DNA from: a virus
IMG/VR virus record: IMGVR_UViG_640753020_000006
DNA length: 64,000 bases
Reading direction: 5' to 3' (one strand)
Shown here: one piece after another, positions 10,750-19,888 of the stretch
Layout of the letters: every line of letters begins with the position of its first letter
Numbering within the stretch: the stretch's first letter is position 1
Program-made: the position numbers and the translations under genes
Notes under the pieces: generated by a model
What the model was told of the DNA's origin: nothing
Database searches by the model: none
What the model saw: the letters and a program-made list of their open reading frames with translations, nothing else

Positions 10750-12712
10750 GGATATTATGAATGCCAATGATAGTGCAACACCGAACAGTCGAGAAATGGC
10801 TGTATTAAAAGAAAATTTCCCCTCATGTTTTAGGGCAGATGGATCCTTTGATATTGAGCGGTTTAAGGAATTTTTAAGTGATAAGATTGCTGTAACGGGA
10901 GAGGGTTATGAACTTAAGTTTTTGGGTAAAAACTATGCCCGATTGCTGGCTTCAATTGATACTACAACAGTTGTTGTGCCAGACGAGGAACATAACTCAA
11001 AACCTGAAAATATGAACAGTGAAAATATCTACATAAGTGGCGACAACCTTGATGGATTAAAGCATCTCTTGAAGTCCTATTCAGGTCAAGTTAAATGTAT
11101 TTATATTGATCCTCCTTATAACACTGGAACAGATGGATTTGTGTATAATGACCAGTTCAATTTTACTGTGGAAGAGCTTTCGGAAAAACTAAGTATTAGC
11201 GAAGAACAGGCACAACGCATTTTAGACTTAACAAAGAGAGGTTCGGCATCGCATTCAGCATGGTTGATGTTTATGTACTCACGCCTCTTACTTGCTAGGG
11301 ATTTACTTACAGATGATGGCGTAATCTTCATTAGTATTGATGATAATGAATGCCATAATTTAAAATTATTATGTGATGATGTTTTTGGCGAAGAAAATTT
11401 TATTGCTGAGTTTCCTAGAATAACTAAGCGTGGTGGAAAATCATCAGAAATAATTGCTAAAAATCATGATTATGTTCTTATGTATTCAAAAACGAATGCA
11501 CCACTTCTGTTTCCAATAGCCCATAATGACAGTGCCTTTAAACACAAAGATGAGTTTTTTGAGGAACGAGGTTACTACAAATTAAATCAAACTCTTGACT
11601 ATGATAGTTTACAATATAGTAAGAGTTTAGATTATCCAATTGAGATAGATGGAGAAGTATTTTATCCTGGTTCATCATTAGAATTATATAATGAACGACA
11701 ATCTGGAATTCATGACACAGCTGACTGGGCGTGGCGCTGGAGTAAAGCAAAGTTTGAATTTGGATACAAAAATGGATTTATTGTTGTAAAGCGCAGTAAA
11801 AATGGTAGTAGGCTTTATACCAAAACTTATCAAAAAGCTACTATTGAAGAAAATGATGACGGATACTACATCGAATATGGTGATCGTACTAAGTGTTTAT
11901 CGACCTTAGAGACGACAGATAATATGTATTCCAATGATAATGCAACAAAAGATGTTGCTTTAACTATTGGGAAAAAAATATTTAATCATACAAAGCCATT
12001 AGCACTAATGACTTTACTAGCAAAGCTTAGTACTCAGGATTCCGATATTATTTTGGATTTCTTTTCAGGTTCAGCCGCAACTGCAGAAGCTATTATGAAA
12101 TTGAATTGCGATGAAAACACTCGAAGAAAATATATCATGGTGCAACTTCCTGAAAAATGTAAAGAAACAAGTTCAGCCTATAAAAATGGTTATAGGACTA
12201 TATGCGATATTGGTATTGATCGCATAAAAAAAGCCGCTACTTTACTAAAGGAAGAATATCCAGATACAACAGTTGACCTAGGCTTTAAGCACTATACATT
12301 GGTTGAGCCTGAGCAAAACACTCTAGACAAACTTGAAAAGTTTGACCCTAACGAGAATAAATTATTTGCTAATAAAGACATTCTTAGTGATTTTGGAAAA
12401 CCTACCGTCCTTGCAACGTGGCTTGTTAGAGATGGATATGGACTTACAGCAGATGCTGAGGAGTTAAATTTTGCTGGATACAATGGCTATTATATAGGAA
12501 AACATCTTTACCTAATTGACCCGGAATTGTCTAATAAGGCGATTGAAGCCATTGTAGTAAAATATGAAACTGACGGTAGCTTTAATCCTGAGAACGTGGT
12601 GTTATTTGGTTATAGTTTTACATGGACGGAAATGGAAGCTTTAAAAATTAATTTGAAACGGTTGAAGGATACAGAGAAAAACTTGCGTATCAACTTCGAT
12701 ATCCGTTATTGA
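10733..12712 (+). CDS. mod: Type III R-M methyltransferase Mod
   Basis: IYIDPPYNTG and ILDFFSGSA motifs; variable central target-recognition region. Confidence 0.95.
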   Translation: MITMIKDIMNANDSATPNSREMAVLKENFPSCFRADGSFDIERFKEFLSDKIAVTGEGYELKFLGKNYARLLASIDTTTVVVPDEEHNSKPENMNSENIYISGDNLDGLKHLLKSYSGQVKCIYIDPPYNTGTDGFVYNDQFNFTVEELSEKLSISEEQAQRILDLTKRGSASHSAWLMFMYSRLLLARDLLTDDGVIFISIDDNECHNLKLLCDDVFGEENFIAEFPRITKRGGKSSEIIAKNHDYVLMYSKTNAPLLFPIAHNDSAFKHKDEFFEERGYYKLNQTLDYDSLQYSKSLDYPIEIDGEVFYPGSSLELYNERQSGIHDTADWAWRWSKAKFEFGYKNGFIVVKRSKNGSRLYTKTYQKATIEENDDGYYIEYGDRTKCLSTLETTDNMYSNDNATKDVALTIGKKIFNHTKPLALMTLLAKLSTQDSDIILDFFSGSAATAEAIMKLNCDENTRRKYIMVQLPEKCKETSSAYKNGYRTICDIGIDRIKKAATLLKEEYPDTTVDLGFKHYTLVEPEQNTLDKLEKFDPNENKLFANKDILSDFGKPTVLATWLVRDGYGLTADAEELNFAGYNGYYIGKHLYLIDPELSNKAIEAIVVKYETDGSFNPENVVLFGYSFTWTEMEALKINLKRLKDTEKNLRINFDIRY

Positions 12713-12726
12713 TTGGAGGGTATGTT

Positions 12727-15687
12727 ATGGAACTTATCCTACAACGAGGATTACCACACCAACAAAAAGCTGTAGATGCAGTAAGTGCTGCTTTGAATGG
12801 GGTACAGATAGCTTCTCCTGTACAATTTTATGAAAATCCAAGTATTTCTCTTTCTGACCCTAAACTAGCTGCAAATATTAGAGAAATTCAAAAAAATATA
12901 CCTGCAGAATATCGAAGCAGTATGCCTATTAGTGACTGCTTGAATATTGATATTAAAATGGAAACTGGTACAGGAAAGACTTACGTTTATACTCATACTA
13001 TATATGAGCTTCATAAACGTTACGGACTTAATAAGTTTATTATCGCTGTACCTTCACTTGCGATTAAAGCAGGAACCGCACAGTTTTTGCGTGATGAATA
13101 TGTAAAGCGACATTTTTCCGATGTTTGTGGTTATGGTACAGAAATTGAGGTTGGAGTACTAGAAACACCAAAAAACAAGAAAAAGGGGCGCTCCTATTTC
13201 CCGAGTGTTGTGAGCGACTTTGTAAAAGGTTCTTGCCAGAACACGAAGAAGATTTATGTATTATTAGTTAATATGCAACTACTTGTTGTCCGATCAAATG
13301 GTATGCTTAGCCGTGACGACTATGATTATGGAGTAGAAGGTTTTTATAGACCACTTGATGCTATTCGTGCAACAAACCCTGTTGTTATTATTGATGAGCC
13401 ACACAGATTTTCTCGTGACCAGAAGGCATTTAAGGTTATCGTTGATGAAATAAAACCACAGTGTATTATACGCTTTGGTGCTACCTTCCCTGAAACTACA
13501 AGTGGACGTGGAAAAAACAAAATAACCGTAAAAGACTACCAAAACCTGCTCTATGATTTAAATGCCTGTGAATCTTTTAATCAAAATTTGATAAAGGGAG
13601 TAACGAAGGAGCATTTTGAACCGGTATCCAAGCGTGAAGAAAAGGTGAAAATCACTTCCATCACAAGCAAGGATTCTGTTACCTTTCAGTATAAAAAGCG
13701 TGATGAATCGACTAAAACATTTACTCTTAAAACTGGAGATTCACTATCTATCATTAATGAAGCTTTTGAGGGAATTACGGTTCATGCTATTGGTAAATCA
13801 ACAGTTGAGTTTTCTAATGGTATTCAAAAGTCAACTGGTGAGGAATTGGATGTGGATATCTATATGACCTCTTATCAAGAGCAGATGATGCGTCTTGCCC
13901 TTGAGCGTCATTTTGAAACAGAAAAAACAAACTTCTGTGGTCGCAATTTCAAGATCAAGACATTGGCATTATTTTTTATCGATGATATATCATCATATCG
14001 ACCAAACGAGGAAGGTAAAACCCCTTATCTATTGCAAGCTTTTGAGAGATTGCTTAAGGAACGGATAGAATCGGTGCTATCTACCCTCAGTGAGCATGAT
14101 ACAGAATATCGGGCATATCTGGAAGCAAGTCTTGCAGATATTTCTGCTTGCCATGCAGGCTATTTTTCACAGGACAATAGCGATTCGGATGAAGATATAG
14201 CAAAAGAAGTAGAAACCATCCTTCATGGAAAAAAACATCTTCTCTCTTTCAAGAATAAAGACGGTAGCTATAACACTTTACGTTTTCTATTTTCAAAATG
14301 GACACTTAAAGAGGGCTGGGATAACCCTAATGTATTTACGATAGCTAAACTTCGTTCTAGCGGAAGTGAAAATAGTAAACTGCAAGAGGTTGGACGAGGT
14401 TTACGTCTACCTGTAGATGAGAATGGTAATAGAATCTCCAATGAAGAATTCCAGCTTAATTATATTGTTGACTTCACAGAGGCAGACTTTGCTAAACGAT
14501 TAATAGACCAAATAAACGGAGAAATTCCACAAGCTTCTTCTATTAGCGAAGAAAGATTGGAACAAGTGGCCAAGAAGCTTGGCATGACTTCAGATGAACT
14601 TTTTGATGCACTATATGATAAACATTACATAGACAGGCGATTAAATATAAAACCCGATACAAGGGACGCTTTCTTTGCAGAATACCCGGACTTTGCTACA
14701 GGATTGTCTTCAGGTAAGGTAAAAGACCGAAATGTAGCAAAACCAAGACCTGTAAAAATCCGCAAAGCTGTTTACAGTGAAATACGCGAATTATGGGAAG
14801 CAATCAATCAACGATACCTACTTTTCTATGATGATGATCTGGATGCTGATATGGCTAAAGTTGTTTTATCTTTGCTGGAAAAACCCGGTGTTTTTACAGA
14901 CATTGTCATGACTAGCTCCAGAGATATCGTTAAGAGCGATGGCTCACAGATGATGATTGTTTCAGATACAGGCGCTCAATATATAGTATCCAAACCTATT
15001 CCCTACAATGAATTTCTTAAGAGGATCACAAATGCTACAAACATTCCAATTAAAATATTGCATGAAGCATTGTGTGAGTATGTTAAGAGGAATGGAACTA
15101 TTAATCCAGAACATATTAATGAAAATTCTGTCAGCATGTTTATCCAACAATTTCATGACTGGAGAAGCAATAATTTGCAAGGTCGATTCCATTATGCAAA
15201 AAGCAATACACCTGTTGGTGCAACAGCACTCACCTATTCAGACGGTTCTCCACGTGAAGATATCGCACAGGGACGTATCGGCACAAAGATAGCTCCGGGA
15301 ACACCAAGCGAGAAGTATTTATATGATGCTTTCGCTTATGACTCACCGTTGGAACAAAAAAATATTATGTCGGACATCGAAGAAGTCATTGTATATGGAA
15401 AAATTCCACGTAGCAGCATTGCCATACCAACTATTACCGGTGGAATGTACAGTCCAGACTTCATGTATGTTGTAAGAAAGGCTTCCGGTGAGAAAGAGCT
15501 TAACATTGTAGTCGAAACAAAAGACGTAGAAAATAAATCCGACTTACGTGGTACAGAAAAAGCAAAAATTGATTGTGCTCGTGTTTTCTTTGATATGCTC
15601 TCGAAAGATGGGTACACTGTTTATTTCCGTGATCAGTTAAACAACAAACAGATGGCTCAGATTATTAAAGAAGTATTGGCAGAGTAA
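12727..15687 (+). CDS. res: Type III R-M restriction subunit Res
   Basis: METGTGKT, DEPH, LKEGWDNP, QEVGRGLR helicase motifs; YSPDF...VETK nuclease motif; RBS GGAGG before ATG 12727. Confidence 0.95.
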   Translation: MELILQRGLPHQQKAVDAVSAALNGVQIASPVQFYENPSISLSDPKLAANIREIQKNIPAEYRSSMPISDCLNIDIKMETGTGKTYVYTHTIYELHKRYGLNKFIIAVPSLAIKAGTAQFLRDEYVKRHFSDVCGYGTEIEVGVLETPKNKKKGRSYFPSVVSDFVKGSCQNTKKIYVLLVNMQLLVVRSNGMLSRDDYDYGVEGFYRPLDAIRATNPVVIIDEPHRFSRDQKAFKVIVDEIKPQCIIRFGATFPETTSGRGKNKITVKDYQNLLYDLNACESFNQNLIKGVTKEHFEPVSKREEKVKITSITSKDSVTFQYKKRDESTKTFTLKTGDSLSIINEAFEGITVHAIGKSTVEFSNGIQKSTGEELDVDIYMTSYQEQMMRLALERHFETEKTNFCGRNFKIKTLALFFIDDISSYRPNEEGKTPYLLQAFERLLKERIESVLSTLSEHDTEYRAYLEASLADISACHAGYFSQDNSDSDEDIAKEVETILHGKKHLLSFKNKDGSYNTLRFLFSKWTLKEGWDNPNVFTIAKLRSSGSENSKLQEVGRGLRLPVDENGNRISNEEFQLNYIVDFTEADFAKRLIDQINGEIPQASSISEERLEQVAKKLGMTSDELFDALYDKHYIDRRLNIKPDTRDAFFAEYPDFATGLSSGKVKDRNVAKPRPVKIRKAVYSEIRELWEAINQRYLLFYDDDLDADMAKVVLSLLEKPGVFTDIVMTSSRDIVKSDGSQMMIVSDTGAQYIVSKPIPYNEFLKRITNATNIPIKILHEALCEYVKRNGTINPEHINENSVSMFIQQFHDWRSNNLQGRFHYAKSNTPVGATALTYSDGSPREDIAQGRIGTKIAPGTPSEKYLYDAFAYDSPLEQKNIMSDIEEVIVYGKIPRSSIAIPTITGGMYSPDFMYVVRKASGEKELNIVVETKDVENKSDLRGTEKAKIDCARVFFDMLSKDGYTVYFRDQLNNKQMAQIIKEVLAE

Positions 15688-15709
15688 TTTAATTTAGGGG
15701 GATGAAAGG

Positions 15710-17329
15710 TTGAGGTTAGAAGCAATTGTAATTAAACATTATCGATCGATAGAAAGAGTGGCTCTTAAACTTCCTCCAAATAAGCCACTTGTCCTATTCG
15801 GACCGAATAACGCAGGAAAATCTAATATATTATCAGCTATAAATAGAATACTTGGTGAAAGATATCCAACTTATATTGAGATGTTGGAAAGTGATTACTT
15901 TAAACGTAATCAAAATGAATATCCTACCGCACATATTACCGCTAAATTTACTAAGCCTTTATATTATGATAATAAAGGAAATGGATATGACGTTATAGCT
16001 GTAAGTTATGGTTATAATGGACAGGCTAATAATAATCTTTTGCACGATGGCAGTGGAAATAAAATATATCCCACAAACGAACAGCGTTCTGCCTGTCAGT
16101 CCTATTTGATTGATGCTGAAAGAAATATCCAGAGTGCTTTTAATTATAGTAGTAGCTACTCTCTGTTAAGTAAGTTTTCAAAGAAGATACATGAAGCCTT
16201 AAGTACAGAGCATAAAGATGAATTATCACAAGCCTTTAATCAAATTACAGCATCCTTTGAACAGACTGATGAATTCTCTGGTTTTTTTAATCGATTTTCT
16301 GAAGCTCTAAAGGGGGCGGTAAAAGGATTTGTTCATTCATTGGCTGTGGATTTTTCAGCCTATGATCCAAACAATTATGCAAAGTCACTTCGGATCTATG
16401 CAAAAGAGGGAGATAATATTCGTGGATTTGAAGAATTCGGCACTGGTGAACAGCAAGTCTTATTAATGGCTTTTGTTAAAGCATATATGGAAGTATTCAC
16501 TGGTGAAAACTTTGTGTTGATTATTGAAGAACCAGAAGCCCATCTCCATCCCTTAGCTCAAAGATGGTTAAAGGAATATGTTGTAGATATGTGTTCATGT
16601 GGCATTCAAGTAATCATTTCAACACATTCCGCAGAATTCATAGATGCAGAATACTTAGATGGACTTGTACGAGTACATAAAGAAGGTGGAGTTACTAAAG
16701 CAATACAACTATCCGCTCAACAACTTTGCGATTTTTGTATAGGGTCAGGTGTTCCAGAGAATTGTGTGTCACCAGAAAACATAATTGATTTTTACTCAAC
16801 AAAACTATTTTCAGACCAGTTAAAAGGAATGTTTGCAGAAACAATCATATTAGTGGAGGGAGCTACTGAATATTTTGCTCTGCCAGTATATTTAAAACGT
16901 AGTGGGTATTCTTTAGCTGAACATGGAACCGAAATTGTTAATTGTCGTGGTAAGGAGGCAATCCCTTTGTACTGGAGGTTATTTAAAGCATACGGTTACA
17001 ATTGTTATGCCATATTTGATTGTGACAGGAATGCATCAAAGACTAGGGATGTGTTTAATGGCATCTTTTGCGAAGAAGAATGGGATACAGAAACTGAAAA
17101 TTGTATTGTTAGAGCCGATTATGCATACTTCGGTAAAGACTTTGAATCCTATTTGCGTACAGCAATAGATGACTATACTTCAATGGAACAAACCATTTCT
17201 GAAAAATATCATATTTCTTCAAAACCAGGAAAAGCTAAAGCTATAGCACAACATATAGAGGAAATTCCTCATTTTATTAAGGATATTGCAGATAAACTAT
17301 TAATTATAGAACTTTTGGGACAAAATTAG
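15710..17329 (+). CDS. OLD-family ABC-ATPase/TOPRIM nuclease (stand-alone)
   Basis: GPNNAGKS, IEEPEAHLHP, STHS, ILVEGATE, D.D TOPRIM motif; no partner helicase follows. Confidence 0.9.
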   Translation: MRLEAIVIKHYRSIERVALKLPPNKPLVLFGPNNAGKSNILSAINRILGERYPTYIEMLESDYFKRNQNEYPTAHITAKFTKPLYYDNKGNGYDVIAVSYGYNGQANNNLLHDGSGNKIYPTNEQRSACQSYLIDAERNIQSAFNYSSSYSLLSKFSKKIHEALSTEHKDELSQAFNQITASFEQTDEFSGFFNRFSEALKGAVKGFVHSLAVDFSAYDPNNYAKSLRIYAKEGDNIRGFEEFGTGEQQVLLMAFVKAYMEVFTGENFVLIIEEPEAHLHPLAQRWLKEYVVDMCSCGIQVIISTHSAEFIDAEYLDGLVRVHKEGGVTKAIQLSAQQLCDFCIGSGVPENCVSPENIIDFYSTKLFSDQLKGMFAETIILVEGATEYFALPVYLKRSGYSLAEHGTEIVNCRGKEAIPLYWRLFKAYGYNCYAIFDCDRNASKTRDVFNGIFCEEEWDTETENCIVRADYAYFGKDFESYLRTAIDDYTSMEQTISEKYHISSKPGKAKAIAQHIEEIPHFIKDIADKLLIIELLGQN

Positions 17330-17337
17330 CTGAATGT

Positions 17338-17383
17338 AAAAAAAGACCACACAGGAGTAAAAAACTCTTATGTGGTCTTTTTT
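17338..17383 (+). terminator. Terminator after the OLD gene
   Basis: AAAAAAAGACCAC...GTGGTCTTTTTT. Confidence 0.8.
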
Positions 17384-17415
17384 GCCCCGCTTGAAGCTGT
17401 TCATTTAAGTTTTTC

Positions 17416-17438
17416 TTCAATCCCTAAGTGAACGCTCC
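17416..17438 (+). repeat. Right junction (attR-like), host-site half
   Basis: TT-CAATCCCTAAGTGAACGCTCC, inverted partner of 4321-4341. Confidence 0.8.
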
Positions 17439-17453
17439 ATTAAGCTCCCTTTT

Positions 17454-17705
17454 TTATTCATCTACTTTCTCATAGGTCTTTTCAAATATATTAGGCTTAC
17501 ATGGATAGAATTCTCCATTTATGCCCTTTATAATATAATCGCCTATACTAGCTTTCATTCTTCCTTCTAGCGTATTAATATATAAAACACCTTTTTTATA
17601 TTGATATCCCCTGCCATTTCCTATAAACTCATCAATAGAATTTATATTATGCCCATTATATTTTTTAGCTTCAATTACAACAGGTTTCTTTCTATACTTA
17701 GCCAT
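17454..17705 (-). CDS. Conserved small phage protein of unknown function
   Basis: KYRKKPVVIEA...TLEG.M.AS.GDYIIKG..GEFYPCKP.IF.KTYE, a motif set common in phages. Confidence 0.8.
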   Translation of the reverse strand: MAKYRKKPVVIEAKKYNGHNINSIDEFIGNGRGYQYKKGVLYINTLEGRMKASIGDYIIKGINGEFYPCKPNIFEKTYEKVDE

Positions 17706-17790
17706 TGTTTATCATTCCTTTATCACTTTCTTATCTAATAAATATGCAGATTTTTATTTATAGGCAATAAAATATAAAAATTATTTTAAA

Positions 17791-18711
17791 TTAGTTATTC
17801 AAAAATATATTCCAGGTTTCTATTTTCAAAACTCCATCCGTAGGTCTTTCCCAGTTCTTCTGGAGTTCGGTTACAGCTTGGAAAGTTGGTTCGTCATACA
17901 ACATTTGGGTGTAGGAATTTTCCTTTAAATATTCATATTGTTCTAGTTTCTGTTGAATCCATAGGACTACATGAGACTTGTGGCCTTTTACAATGATATC
18001 CTGAATTCCTTTTAATGCTGCCATAGTAGCCGGACCTGCTATTCCATCTATAACTAACCCTGCATTATAATCAATGTTCAAGTTATATTGGAGTGCTTTA
18101 ATTTGCTCTACAAGTGGGTTTGGTTTTACTGGTTCACCTGTAGAAATGCTATTATAAAATGCTTCAGACATATAGTTTAAATCCAGGTACCCACTTATTC
18201 CTGGTATCTGCCCTTTTTCTGTATACTGCCACATTGCATAATCAGGCCATAATACAGTACTTGGACTGCTTACTCCATAATGAGCTACCCATAGAGGATA
18301 CTTTGTTATACTGCTGTTTAAATATGCCTTTATATAACTTGGATTACAATAAATAAGTGCAGGTGCTATAGAAGATACTATTTCTAGGAAAGCCAAACAC
18401 GCTTCTGTCATGTCCCCGGAACACTGCTGCTCAAAGTCCAATATTACAAAGTCTGGCTTGACTCCTGCTGCAATCTGTTTAAAAAAGTTTGCCTCCTGAA
18501 TAGCCTTTGCTATGGTTGTAAATCTGGCAAAATGATAAGCCCCGGTTATAAATCCCAGGGCTTTAGCTTTAGCAATATTGGCATTATAAAATTTATCTAT
18601 AAAGGTACTTCCCTCTGTGGCCTTGGCTATTAAAAAGTTGTGGCCAGCATTTTTAATTTTGTTTATATCTATAGAACCATTTAAATTACTTATATCTACT
18701 CCTTTAATCAT
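17791..18711 (-). CDS. Endolysin, GH25 muramidase with C-terminal PG-binding-like repeats
   Basis: KGVDIS..NG, AKATEG, GAYHFA, LDFE, WQYT..G, DLN; DGI.GP.T repeats. Confidence 0.92.
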   Translation of the reverse strand: MIKGVDISNLNGSIDINKIKNAGHNFLIAKATEGSTFIDKFYNANIAKAKALGFITGAYHFARFTTIAKAIQEANFFKQIAAGVKPDFVILDFEQQCSGDMTEACLAFLEIVSSIAPALIYCNPSYIKAYLNSSITKYPLWVAHYGVSSPSTVLWPDYAMWQYTEKGQIPGISGYLDLNYMSEAFYNSISTGEPVKPNPLVEQIKALQYNLNIDYNAGLVIDGIAGPATMAALKGIQDIIVKGHKSHVVLWIQQKLEQYEYLKENSYTQMLYDEPTFQAVTELQKNWERPTDGVLKIETWNIFLNN

Positions 18712-18723
18712 ACGATTTTCCTC

Positions 18724-19116
18724 CTATTTATTTTTTAATTGTTCTAAAGCTTCTACTATTTTTTTCGGGAGTGGAAGTCCACTCTTCCCGCAATTTTCAA
18801 AGATAGAGATTCCTTCGTTTGCAATGTAATAGTAGCAAACCACTGTTCTAAATATCCATGTACCCTCATTTAAGAGCCTGTCAAGTAAAGTACCTACAGC
18901 TAGAACCACAAAAATTTCAGATTTTCTTAATATACCTTTAAAGCCTGTTTGAGAATTTACCTTGCCTGTTATATAGGCACTAAATACTCCGGTACCATAA
19001 TCTAAAACCATAAAAGCAGCTAACACATATAGGCAAATGTCCCAACCTCCAAAAATAAACGTCATAATTCCCCCAAAGGTACTTATAGATAGGTTAAAAA
19101 CTCTTTGATGATCCAC
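18724..19116 (-). CDS. Phage holin (toxin secretion/phage lysis family)
   Basis: LDY.TG, S..GF.GI.RK, NEGISI.EN..K.G.P.P. Confidence 0.9.
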   Translation of the reverse strand: MDHQRVFNLSISTFGGIMTFIFGGWDICLYVLAAFMVLDYGTGVFSAYITGKVNSQTGFKGILRKSEIFVVLAVGTLLDRLLNEGTWIFRTVVCYYYIANEGISIFENCGKSGLPLPKKIVEALEQLKNK

Positions 19117-19178
19117 TTTAAACCTCCTATCTAGTTATTTTTAAGCATTAAAAAAAGCCTTAGACCTTCTAAAACTCC

Positions 19179-19298
19179 TTATATTCTCTTTATTGGTTCA
19201 GCATCATCATTCATTTGGGTTGCTTCTCCAGTTCCCCAGTTCGCTGTAACTTTAACCTCAACTGCTCCTGTTTCAATTATGTTTGCCTTTTTTCCCAT
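19179..19298 (-). CDS. 39-aa ORF (not in track)
   Basis: RBS AGGAG; MGKKANIIETGAVEVKVTANWGTGEATQMNDDAEPIKRI. Confidence 0.45.
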   Translation of the reverse strand: MGKKANIIETGAVEVKVTANWGTGEATQMNDDAEPIKRI

Positions 19299-19372
19299 GT
19301 TCTCACTCCTTTCTATAAGTATTTCAAGGTAAAATAAAAAAGCTATCTCTAGCTCCTATTTTGCCTTGTGGT

Positions 19373-19513
19373 TTATTCTGTATAATCCTGGCCGGTTATG
19401 GTTTTAAATTCATCTGTAGTTATAATACTTTTACTTGTTGCCTGTTTTACCATATCTAAATTTACCCAACTATTCTTATAAACCATGCTCCAAAAATTAA
19501 AATATTTACTCAT
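19373..19513 (-). CDS. XkdX-family small tail protein (not in track)
   Basis: 46 aa, ends ITTDEFKTITGQDYTE. Confidence 0.8.
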   Translation of the reverse strand: MSKYFNFWSMVYKNSWVNLDMVKQATSKSIITTDEFKTITGQDYTE

Positions 19514-19528
19514 TTATATCATCCTTTC

Positions 19529-19873
19529 TTATCCTAATTGCATTTGTGCAATTGTTTGACTTAGTGTTTCGACCTGGCTTGCCAGATCTGCATTTTGGAG
19601 AGTTAAATTTGCTACGGTTTGGGCTAAAACTTCATTTTGACTAGGCTGTTGATTTATATTCTGTATATTTTGAGTCTCTATTTTATATTGTTCTTCTGTA
19701 ATTTCTTCTACATCTATTAGTAATGATGTTAATTCCTCATTTGTTGCACATACAGAGTATGTTATAAATAAATTGCACCTTTGACTTCCGGCTATAAATT
19801 TATCTATATCTAACCCTTTATAATCTGGTTGATTAAATTGATTCCAAAAATTATTTATTTTTATATATTTCAT
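19529..19873 (-). CDS. XkdW-like tail protein
   Basis: Position before xkdX; C-terminal coiled coil. Confidence 0.55.
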   Translation of the reverse strand: MKYIKINNFWNQFNQPDYKGLDIDKFIAGSQRCNLFITYSVCATNEELTSLLIDVEEITEEQYKIETQNIQNINQQPSQNEVLAQTVANLTLQNADLASQVETLSQTIAQMQLG

Positions 19874-19888
19874 TTACTTCTCACCTTC

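Noticed and set aside
10733-12712. Phase-variable mod (phasevarion)
   Set aside because: No simple-sequence repeat tract seen in or before mod.
15710-17329. Gabija system
   Set aside because: No UvrD-like GajB gene follows; a terminator and the element end come next.
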